Origin: Antechinus flavipes
Lineage: Eukaryota
Direction of reading: 5' to 3'
Length of the DNA stretch: 64,000 nt
NCBI RefSeq assembly: GCF_016432865.1
Contig: NC_067404.1
Coordinates: forward strand, 36,952,001-37,016,000
Made by a program: the position numbers and the translations under genes
In this document: positions 24,248 through 34,642 of the stretch, one piece after another
Numbering within the stretch: the first letter of the stretch is position 1
How the letters are laid out: each line of letters starts with the position of its first letter
The notes under the pieces: model-generated
The model's database searches: none
What the model saw: the letters and a program-made list of their open reading frames with translations, nothing else
What the model was told of the DNA's origin: nothing

Positions 24248-24248
<1 letters not shown>

Positions 24249-24291
<43 letters not shown>
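24249..24291. repeat. (CA)21 microsatellite
   Basis: Perfect AC run. Confidence 0.95.
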
Positions 24292-24292
<1 letters not shown>

Positions 24293-24324
24293 CCATTAAA
24301 TGATTATACTTACTTTGTTAGGTT

Positions 24325-24720
24325 TGGGATCTCATTGATGTGAATATTTCTTTGGTGTAGTTTGCAATCCATCCATGCCTTCTCATCCCATGTGACAATT
24401 GCCCATGCTTTTCCATAAATTTTCCAAGATCCACCTGACAAGTTATCTTTTAATCTTTTGTGGATCCCAATGAAACAGTCAGAGTGACCATGCTAGTATT
24501 TGTTCTTGATACATAACCAGCCTGCTTCCTTTTCTCTTCACATGTTTTTGACGATGCTTTTTAAGCTTAAAAGTGAGAGTCATCTTTGATAATATGCTAG
24601 AACTACTTACGCCCACCATGCATTGCTCCGATTGCTCTTTGTATCACCAGCAATTTTGATTCTCCTGAAATTGTAGTGTTCTGTGACTCACTAGGAGACT
24701 ATCAATGTAAGAAGTTGTAC
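24325..24720 (-). mobile_element. RTE-clade LINE 3' fragment
   Basis: The reverse complement reads gaatcaaaattgctggtgatacaaagagcaatcggagcaatgcatggtgggcgtaag...gggatgagaaggcatggatggattgcaaactacacc...cacatcaatgagatccc, typical of the marsupial RTE 3' region. Confidence 0.75.
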
Positions 24721-26199
24721 TTTGGTGACAGAGAGGTACTTGGGCTCATTGAGTGTGCTATGTAGCTTCCCAGAAGCCATCTAGCCTATTCTCCTCCCCC
24801 TGTTATATATACTCTGGGCCCAACTCTTTGTCCATCTCTAGGGCCTGCCCAAAATAGATGTCTCAATAGATGTGTACAGTGGGCTGTCCATGGGATTAAA
24901 AAAAAAAACTTTTTTGGGAAAATAATTCTTTTTTTGCAAAATAATTCTTAATCTACATGATAATGCCTATGAATTACTGGACTGACCTCTTTTGAGATCA
25001 CCTACAATATCATCTACAAACAGGGACATTTGGAGGACCTGGCGTTTAAGGATTCTGGGTAGACTATCTCCTGGTACAGTAGCATTTACTTTTGGCCATT
25101 GTGTTTTTCTGTTTTATATCTTATATATTATTGATAAGGAGATGACCGTGAAGTAGTTATCTCTGTGTAGCATCTGCCTGGAAACAGTGTATGTTCCTAG
25201 TATATGCATGGGAGACAATTTCTTGTTGTCTTCCTAGATCTACTAGATCAAAACCTTTTAGACATAATTAGCAAATAATAGAGTGAGATCTTATATTCAT
25301 TCGATCAGTTGTTTGACTATGAAGGTGTGTGTGGTCTGTTATAGAAAATCATCTGTGAAAGCTTATGGTATATTTATGTTTTCATCAAGGATACCCTTGA
25401 TGTGTGAAGAGACCATCTTCTTAACTATTTCGTAGATAAGAAAGTTATTTGACTAACAGTTTTTGATCTTCCCCTTTAGGGGGCAGTCATGCCATCTGTA
25501 AGCTATTTTTTTGAGATTTTTTTTTTCCCCCCTGTCTTTGAAATATCTTGAAAATTAACCTTCGAGTGTCTTTAATATCTTTAACAACCCAGAACTTTCT
25601 CTGTATTTCTTTCAGATTCAAGTGACCTTTCTGATTTAGTTTTCTTGAGTTCTCTTCTCCTTACTTCCATATTTACACATTGTAGCCAGGTGGCTCAGGT
25701 GTTAAAGAGTGCTCTTCCTGGAGTCAGAAAGATATGTGTTCAAATATATTTTCATTATCTTCTATCAACTTTCCTCACCTGTAAAATGGGAATAATTATA
25801 GCACCTACTTCCCAGGGTTGTTGTGAGGATCAAATGTGATAATATTTTCAAAAGTGCTTTGTAAACCTTAAATACTATGTAAATACTAGCTATCATAATT
25901 GTTATTATAGAGCGTATCGAGTACTAAGCTATTAGAGATCAAATATTGTAATTGCAACATCATGGAGGATAATGGGTTGCTATAAAAATGTTGGCAATCT
26001 ATTTCACATCTATTTGTTGACCTTCTTCCATTTTGATCTAGGAATGCTTTGTGGAAGATCTGGGTAAGTTAGGTGTTAGGCAGAGAATGTTAGGGCTGTG
26101 GGGAAAAACATAACGAGGTGGTCCAGAAGATTTCAGTGAAAATGGCATGTAAAGTGCATTGAGCTGAAAAACTTAAAACAACTTAGAGCCAAACAGAGA

Positions 26200-26300
26200 T
26201 CCCAGGGACACTCCACTGGACACTTCACATTTCCATCAAACCGTTAATGACTACTGTTAGTGTCTGGCCATTTAGCTAGTTGAAAAATCTGGCTATTGTC
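26200..26300 (-). mobile_element. L3/CR1 LINE fragment
   Basis: gatcccagggacactccactggacac...ccgttaatgactact...ggccatttagctagttgaaaaatc resembles reverse CR1 ORF2. Confidence 0.6.
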
Positions 26301-26306
26301 TAAAAC

Positions 26307-26536
26307 TAGTGGGATCAAAGTCAGGTAGAAACGGGTCCTACTGAATTGTACATAAGGATCCCTGTGGACTGCATATTGACTTAGAAAACTACACAGGTTG
26401 ATATATTTCTTTTTTTTTTTTTTTAGATTTTTTAAAAAAATGACTATATCCATGTTAAAATTAGATGGTAACTATGTTTTAATCTCGTCTGGTCCACACA
26501 CTTGTCAGCGTAGGGGCTGGGAGTTTGATACCCCTG
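26307..26536 (+). mobile_element. CheshMITE-like hAT-Charlie MITE
   Basis: gtacataaggatccctgtggactgcatattgacttagaaaactac... ending gagtttgatacccctg. Confidence 0.75.
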
Positions 26537-27099
26537 ACCTAGCCTCATAGCCTGGAAAACTTTTGTCAGTCGCTTTCCTAAAACCTAAACAAAGTAGAGC
26601 TTTAGCATTTGGCAGGTTACCGGTCTAATGATCCTGTCTAAAGAAAATGAGATGAGCCCATTATGCTATGTTCTTTGGGATCACTACTCCCTTTTCTAGA
26701 TTCTCATTATCCATCCTCTTAATAGGTTCTGGACCTTTGTTCAGAATTGAAGTAAAGTTTATTGACCTAAATTTTGTAGATGCCATCATCTTTTGTCTTT
26801 GGAAAATTGGGGGAATGATTGCCCCTCTCTAATTTTGCAATACTACTTCTGTTTGCCCTCATTTTTCAAGGATCTCTAAAGGTGGCTTACCCATCATACC
26901 CTCCAGATCCTTCAAGTATCCTGTGATATATTTCCTTTGGACTAGTTGACTTGACCCCATCAAGGGCATTTTGGGCATCAAGGGCCTATTAGCCCTTTTT
27001 GTTCTGCCCTTCCCAGTCTCCTTGGCAGAAAAAGCAAACAAAATTAAAGAGCTGAGGTTCTTCTCAATCAATCAACATCTCTGATCAGTAATTATTATC

Positions 27100-27400
27100 C
27101 CACTACTTTGGTGGGGAAAGGGGCTTAATTGTGGGCTTTAGATAAGGTTGTCATGTGGAAGAGGAAGTATTTGACTTACTCTGCTTGGTCTCAGAATACC
27201 GAACCTATCTATACCTATGGGTGGCATTGGTATAGACAATATAGGGACAGATTTCAGGCCAGTGTTAAGAAAGCACTTTTTAGCTTATAGTAGCTCTCCA
27301 CAAGAATGGTGGGTTTAAGGGAGTTCTCCATCCCTTTGGGTGATTCGAGAGGGAATTTGTGTTTCAGCTTAGGGGGTAGAACCATTCTTTGAGAACCCTC
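27100..27400 (+). mobile_element. L3/CR1 3' end
   Basis: gttgtcatgtggaagaggaagtatttgacttactctgcttggtctcaga...gacagatttcaggccagtgttaagaaagcac...ggagttctccatccct. Confidence 0.65.
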
Positions 27401-28655
27401 CCTCTTGAGATTCTCCGATTTTAGTGGCCATTCCCTGGTATTGCACCTCTTTATGTATTGAGCCTGCATTGAAATCTCCTTTTGGAACTTCTCCGGGATC
27501 CAGTCAAGCCTTTTGGAGGTGGTTAGATTTTTCTAGGCCCTTAGCTACTAAAAAACAAATGAGGCAACTGAGGTGTGATAATCTTTCAAGAAAATCTTAA
27601 CGCCACCCCAGGGTATATATTGTGACATTGTAGTATGAGCTTACACCCTAAGAGGCTGGCAGGTTGACTGGTGCCAGATGAACGCCAAGTCTGCAGTTAT
27701 GCTAAAGCAGTATATGCCCTGACTTGTGCTTTCCACACTTAGCCATTTTTCGGTGGATTAATGGGCATGAAAACATTTCTCATTTTAATGGTATAGTCAT
27801 ACTCAAAGCTTCAGAATGCCCAGAGCAGTGGATGAAAGATGTGAACTTCTAGGGCATGTCTGATGTCATAGACTGGGTCTAATAATCCCCAGACTTCTGG
27901 GAAGTCAGAATTGGGCTTTGGGAATATGAATGGGTGGTGAGAAGGAAGGCTGCTGATGAGAATCAATGTTTTTCTCTGCCATCCACCATCCACTTCATTT
28001 TCTTCTCTGACTTGCTGGATGTCTAGAGGCAGTGGGATGCCAAGCCCACCTTTCCCAGGAAAGGTGGGCATCCTATTAAACCTGGTTTCCCTTTATATGT
28101 GTGCCTATAGCTATCGACAATTGCTGTGCTGAGAGGTGAGCAGAGACCCAGATCAAACTATTTTTCTAATTAGAAGGCTGAGCCTGTTTTGATTTTTAAA
28201 ACACTTTTTTAAAAAAAGCTGCCCACAAATGAAATCCATTTCCCCCCCTTTCCCATTATGACACAGGATAACTCCAGCCTGACTGGTAAATCGCTTTTTG
28301 GTATGGGTTCTGCTGATTTTATAGGGGGAGATAGAACAGTCTATCAGCCACTCGGGGCTGACTCTAGCTTTCTGGCCCTATTGCTAGGGCCTTATCATCA
28401 TTATCTGTGCAGCTCTAAATTATTCCCATTAATACAAAAAGCCAGTGGCATGGATAAGCCAAAATAGCAGATAATCAAAAAAGAATTCCTACTTGGCTTT
28501 GGAATACATTTGATTACCATCATCTGATTATCGGATATTCCAGGATCATTTGTAATATTTCTAACTCAGAGAGAGGTGGGAGGTGGGAAAATTTCCCCCT
28601 TCCCCCTTTTCCCTTCCCCCTTCAGAGCTTGGAAGCTAAGGGAGTCCTCCTCCTT

Positions 28656-28675
28656 CCCCCCCCCCCCCCCCCCCC
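28656..28675. repeat. C20 homopolymer
   Basis: 20 consecutive C. Confidence 0.95.
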
Positions 28676-29559
28676 ATCAGAGATCAAGTTTCCCCAGTGG
28701 TGAATTAGAGGAAATCCAAGTTGTGGAATTTATCCCTATACTGGCTATATTATTTCTACCAGCTGGTGGCAAAGTTTTTGACAATGAAATGTGCCGTTGG
28801 AATGCATAGCTTTATTAATAAGGGTATTACTGAACTGTAATCATTTGTTAGTCTGAAGTAAGCTTTTCTGCTTAAATTAATCTGCAGTGCCTGTCAGTCT
28901 ATGATAATGTGTTTGCCTTCTCCCCCCACCCCCCTCCATTTGCATTTTGCCTTTGGACACTAAGCCTAGTCAGTATTTTCAGATACTGACATGTGCAGTC
29001 AGATGTAGTCAGGGCCTAGGATCTTTAAACTAACAAATTATCATCCTTTACCTAACTACAAATAGAACTCCATTTAATGAGGGTGCTAATTGTGATAAGA
29101 CCAACAGCTAGTTGCACATTCAGGAATTGGATCCTAAATTACAGGACAGTCCTTTTGTAGAAGAAGATCTTTGGTTGGCTTAAATTAAGATCACGAGGCT
29201 CCATTCTGTATAAATATTGACTGAGGGCAGGCCCTTTGTAGGAAATGGAAGACCTGTGCAATTGGCACAGTTGGGAAATTTAACCACCTTATCTCTTACT
29301 AATGACAGTAATAAACTCTTCAGGCCTCCGTTGAAACAAATACGTTTTACTTGGCCGTAGAAATGGAAACCTAGCCCTAATTAATGAATCCGACCAGAAT
29401 GAGTCTTCATACCATCAGGATTCCAAAAATTTATCTTTTGGCTGGTGTCCTTCAAATCTGATTTCTTTGTTTCCTGTTTCTTCCCTGTCCAAGTTCTCTT
29501 CCACAGCTGTTGAATTGGCATTCGTGAGCGTACCAAATGAGACAGCATGATATATATAA

Positions 29560-29700
29560 GTTGGTAGCTGTGGTTCGAGTCACTTAAACGCTCAGTGCCC
29601 TAGCTAACTGTCCAAGATCAGAAGTTGCAAAGAAGACCCCGTGTTGGTACTTGAAGGGAACTCTTATCCTAATGGAATCCTAGATGTGGCCCAAAAAGCC
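29560..29700 (+). mobile_element. MdoRep1-like SINE fragment
   Basis: gtcacttaaacgctcagtgccctagctaactgtccaagatcagaagttgcaaagaag. Confidence 0.65.
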
Positions 29701-29777
29701 TCTTCCATCGGTCTGACAGTATCATTCTGCTCCTGGAAAATCTAAATCTATCAGTGGCTCCCTATTGTTTCGAGTAT

Positions 29778-29956
29778 AATGGTTCTTCTCCCTTTTGGGG
29801 GATCCTGTACCCCTTTTGGCAATCTGTTGGAGTCTATATGGGCCCTTCTCAGAAGAATGTTTTTAAACACATAAAATCTAGAAGATTACAAAGGTTATGT
29901 TGAAATATAATCAAAGTGTTTTAAAAAAACTCTTGGACCTTAGCTAAAAACTTCTG
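29778..29956. mobile_element. MER3-like hAT-Charlie DNA transposon
   Basis: ggcaatctgttggagtctatatgggcccttctcagaagaatgtttttaaac...gattacaaagg. Right flank ctctagaa fits the hAT NTCTAGAN target. Confidence 0.7.
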
Positions 29957-31984
29957 CTCTAGAATAAAATACAGACTCCTAGGTCAGGCACAGAAGCTTC
30001 CTCTCTTAACCTTTATAGTCTGTTTCATTTCTTTCCACTCTGTTTTAATTAGAAGAATTCTGTCCTCCCACAGATACAGATAGAATTCTATCTTCCCCAG
30101 AACAGCATAGGCTGTTCCAGGTGTCTGGAATGTGTTCCATCTTCACTTTTTTCCCTCAGCATCTCTAGCTTCCTTCCGAGCATAGCTCGTACTACAACTT
30201 TTCTGAGTTTTTCAGTTGTGATATATAATTTCTATTTACTTGACTTTGTATTGCTACTTCCCAAATAGAATATAAGCTTGAGGGCAGGAAATGTTGCATT
30301 TTCGTGTTAGCTTCCCCTCTACCTAGCACCGTGCCTGACTGACAGAGTAGATGCTTAATAAATGCTTGGAGGTGTATTTCAAAATCCTGCTTAATATTTC
30401 TGTGTTTCTTTATTTCTGTGACTATATAGTAAGTGGAGCACATGTTACTTTGCAAACACATAGGAGCTTCTAGGCAATCTAGGGTGTGGCGTTTTGATGG
30501 ATTAGCAGAGGTTTGGAGGGTAACTCTATCTGGTGGGACACTTGGTCAGGGGAGGAATCTAGCACTCCTCAGTGGGATATAGCTATCACTGCTGACAAAT
30601 TAGAATGCATCCCGAAAGGTCAGTCACTCTGGATTCTGCCGTTGACTTCATAGGTACTCTATGTCTGACTTGAGGACAATTTTTTAACAAAGCCGTTTCC
30701 ATCTGATGACTGTTGAGTGACTTGTATGAAATAAATTGTTGGTTTCATGCCAACCCAACGGGCCCTCCTGTCTTTTTTTCATTTCCTTTCTGACAATCTC
30801 TGGAGAGAGGACAAGACTTGAATAGTGAAGGAAGCTGAGCTTGGCTTCTTTCAAGCTAAGCTAGCCATCAAAAGACATTTTACAAATGGGAGCCTGTTTA
30901 ATAGAACCACTCCGTTTTTAAGGGTGCCTTTGGACTTCACAAACAGATCTTTTCTTAATTAGGATCCCAATGTAGATCTGCCAGTATTTTTTTTTCATTT
31001 AACAAATACTTGATCAGCGTGTTCGATTGAGTCCCGATCATTTGTGGGAATCATCACGTGGAGCTCAGAAATACAAAAGGAAAACTCAGATGTGCTTAAT
31101 GGGTTGCATGAAAGGTTGGTAGTGAATATGTTGGACTAGATTTTGTTTTTGCAGGAAACCCGAGTGTCTAGGGTGCTGGACTTGGAATCAAAAGACCTGA
31201 ACTTAAACTAGGTTCTTACCTAATGGGTGAAGAGAATAAGCATTTACATAGCAACTACTGTGTGCCAAGGCACTCTGCTAAACATTTTTTTTAAATACAC
31301 AACAAACTCTGTGAAGAAGATGCTATTATTCCCATATTACAGTTGAGGAAACTGAGGCAAACAGGATAAGTGACTCTTGTCCAGAGTCACATAGCTATTA
31401 AATAAATATTTGAGGCTAAATTTGAATTCAGGTCTTCCTGATTCCAGGCTCAGTACTCTATCCACTGTTCCAGCAGCTGCCTCTATCTAACTGTTTGCTT
31501 TCTGTCATTAAGTCTTAGTTTTCTCATCTGTAAAGTGGGAATAATACCCTTAGCACTTATTTCACTGGGTTCTTACAAAGTATGTACCTACATATCTACA
31601 CATACCTATATACAGATAGATATATGTGTGTATATGATCAGATAGACGGGCAAATAGATAGGTACTTAGATAATCAGAGACAGATAACAACCTTAGCTTA
31701 TGAAAATATCAGTTCTTGACTACAAACTGTCACTCAGAATACATAAGACATGAAATATGTTAACTTATCTAGTGGAAAAAGCATTCGATTGTGAGTTAAC
31801 TCTGTCATGATCTGGCCATATGACCTTAAGAAAATCACTTGCTCTTTTTTAGAGGCTCACTTTTCTCATCTGTACACTAAAGGCCTTTCTCTGCCTGTCT
31901 CAGAGGATCTCCAAGGTCTCCTAGCATTAACGTGCTATGATTCTGTGATCCTTAATGGGAACCCAAAATAGTAACACAGGCAAG

Positions 31985-32280
31985 TCTTTATATTTACAGT
32001 GGTTTACATTTCTGGAAAAAGTGCTTAAGTTGAAATAATGTAAGTCAAATCTGCTTTTTCCATAGAAACAGTGTTCTAATAGGGGGTAAAATTCTTGCCT
32101 TAGGGTCTAATGTCCAACTTTTTTATGGAAATGACCATAAGCCCATATTTAATCAATTCTAAATGATATCCTTGTATGCTGGAAAGTAGAACGCTCTCTA
32201 AAGCGTATATAAATCAAACAAGCCCACATAGGAACCAATCATAAGAAATGCATTTCCCATGATGTAGTATTATAGTGTCT
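31985..32280. mobile_element. Possible Tc1/mariner Tigger-like DNA transposon remnant
   Basis: aaaaagtgcttaagttgaaataatgtaagtcaaatc...ccatagaaacagtgttctaataggggg resembles Tigger subterminal sequence. Confidence 0.4.
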
Positions 32281-34319
32281 TACACACACACACACAGGCA
32301 CAGATACACACACACCTCTCCCCCCTCCCCCCACACATAGAGCTCTTATCTTATGTCATAATTTCTGCCTTATTTTTTTGCTGCAACAAATCAAAAGGTG
32401 AAGGAATACTCCAGCTGGGGCCCAGGATTTAGGAGGGCAGCTTCCTTGGGAGAGATCTTGACAGATATTATTAGGGAGGAGAATTCGGACCCTCCTGATG
32501 TCTTTTTGAGAAATGGCTCCAAGGATGTGTGTTTCTTGACCGCCCTCATAAATTTCAGTCTAAGTAGCAGCCGGCTCAGAGGGATGATTGTTGGGCATTC
32601 TGCTATCATTTGAATTGGTGGCTATTTCTCCAAATGGGTGAGGGATGTTGATTGTGTCTTGCTTTTGCTTAGTGCCTTGAAGGATGATGAAGGGCTGACT
32701 GTCAGAGCAGTGACAATAGAAATGAGAATAGCTATTTGATGCGTCTTGAACATGCCTCTGTGGGTTTCCCTCTACCAAAGCGTGGGGTGTCCTCACCTGG
32801 AATAGCCTCCCTTCCTCCCTCTTAGAATCCATCTTTCCCATCCTTCAAGGCCTACTTCAAAAGGCTCCATTCTCCTTTTGAACTTTTTAACCTCTCTGGG
32901 ACTTCATTTGCCCCATTTGTTGGATTAGATGCTCTGACTTCCTTCCTAACATTAGATAGATGATTTTACTGATCTCCAAGATCCTTTCCTGCTCAAAATA
33001 TGGGCCCAGCTCCCCAGCCAGTCCATGGTTATCACTTTGTCCTAAAAGAATCTGGGACTCGCTTTCCACACACCCGATCCACAAAGTCACTGTTCCATTC
33101 CCCAGCTAATGTGTAGGGGAGAAGGGGAAGAGAATAGCAAAACCACTGAAAAGTTTGTAGTACCCTCCAAGGATTAAAGATAGAGGAGTGTTCCCATCAT
33201 TTAAAAGAGAAACCTAGTTTACCCCCTCATCCAGGGTACCCCAATACATCACTGGCTAACTAGGTATATTAGCCAGCAGTGTGGGACTTAGCCAGTAAGG
33301 CCACGTCTTCCCCTTCCCAACCTCCCTCTCCCAACCCATTCATGTGAAAAATTGTTTTCCACTTCATTGGGACCCTATTACTTTGTTCCTCCTAGACGAG
33401 TGAGTCCCTATTTCTTATGTGTGAATTGCACAAAAGTAGTCTTGTAGTGTTCTTTTTTCCTAGGCATTTTCTGCTCATCTGCTCATGACCTAACCCATGT
33501 TCCCCCTCCCCCACATCCGGTGCTGGATTTGCTTCCTCAGGCTCTTCTAAGAAGCCCCCTTCAGCTCCTTGTCTTTTTTGTGTCTCCTGAGAGCAGCCTT
33601 GCGAACGTTCCCTGGGAGACTGGGCTGTTGCTTCCCAGCAGATTTTCCATCTCCCTTTTTGGCTAGGGTTGCCATGCATTTGTTAATGTCCCTGGAATCC
33701 TTTCCTTCCCGTCTGTTTGCCCTCACGCCGAAAACCCCCTGGGCTCCTAAACTGCTTAGCACTGAAGAGGAGACCTCCGGAGGACCGCAGCTCGACCTCC
33801 TGCTGCTGAGCTATGTGGGGACCAAAGGCACCCTTAACCTGGCCAGGCCTCCCTTGAAGAGGCAGCTCCAGGTACTGGGCAACTGTGAAGAACTGGCAGC
33901 CAATGGGCCTTTTCAAATGGCCCTCTTTTACATTACTAAAGATTTGTCTGATGCGAGTTAGAAATCCATCGCTGTGAGCATGGAGTCCATCATATATATT
34001 TATAGCCCCTTGGTGATATATGGTGGTCTCTTAGAACAATAAAGGATGGCTCATTTTCACGAAGTGTCCATGTGTCCCTCTGCTTCCCTCCCCCTTCCTA
34101 CCCAGTCCTGGATGTCACATTCCCTTCTCCTCCTGCCCTGAGCCTGGATCTTATCTTGCAGCTGTACCTTAGCATGGTTCATTCTTGTTCTCCTCCCACC
34201 CAGCCTTGGTCTTTTATTATTTGACATTCCCTTCTCTCCCCACCCCAGTCTTTGATTTTTATTTTGTAATGGAACCGACCTTAGCATTCCTCATTTTGGG
34301 CCAGGGCTTTCTCCAATCG

Positions 34320-34642
34320 TCCTGATCTATGTGTGGCCACTGGACCCGACGGCTCCGGAGGAGAAAGCGAGGCAGGTGACTTTGTGTAGCCTTCCCTCGT
34401 TTCAATCCAGTTCACTCGCATCTTGTGGCATCACCTCCCCGATGTCATAGTCCTCCTCAAGATTGAAGAACAGGGGCAGCCAGGTGGCACAGTGGATAGA
34501 GCACCAGTCCTGAAGTCAGGCCTGAGTTCAAATCTGGCCTGAGATACTAAACACATCGTAGCTGTGTGACCCTGGGCAAATCACTTAATCCCAATGGCCT
34601 CAGCAAAAAAAAAAAAAAAAAAGAAGAAGAACAAAAACAACC
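34320..34642 (+). mobile_element. RTE-derived SINE/3' end (Mar3/WALLSI2-like) interrupted by WSINE1
   Basis: gccactggacccgacggctccggaggagaaagcgagg...gtggcatcacctccccgatgtcatagtcctcctcaagattgaagaaca[insert]aaaacaac. Confidence 0.7.
34473..34625 (+). mobile_element. Full-length young WSINE1 with A tail and TSD
   Basis: ggggcagccaggtggcacagtggatagagcaccagtcctgaagtcagg...ggcctcagc followed by an A tail. TSD gaagaaca at 34465-34472 and 34626-34633. Confidence 0.9.

Noticed and set aside
32391-32841. Overlapping ~70-93 aa ORFs on both strands
   Set aside because: No recognisable protein similarity or splice signals. The right part resembles L2. TBLASTN/Dfam would be needed to exclude a decayed retroelement or pseudogene.
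34328-34381. ATG-initiated MCGHWTRRLRRRKRG followed by donor CAG|GTGACT
   Set aside because: It lies inside an RTE-derived SINE and is phase 2, incompatible with the phase 0 exon 2.
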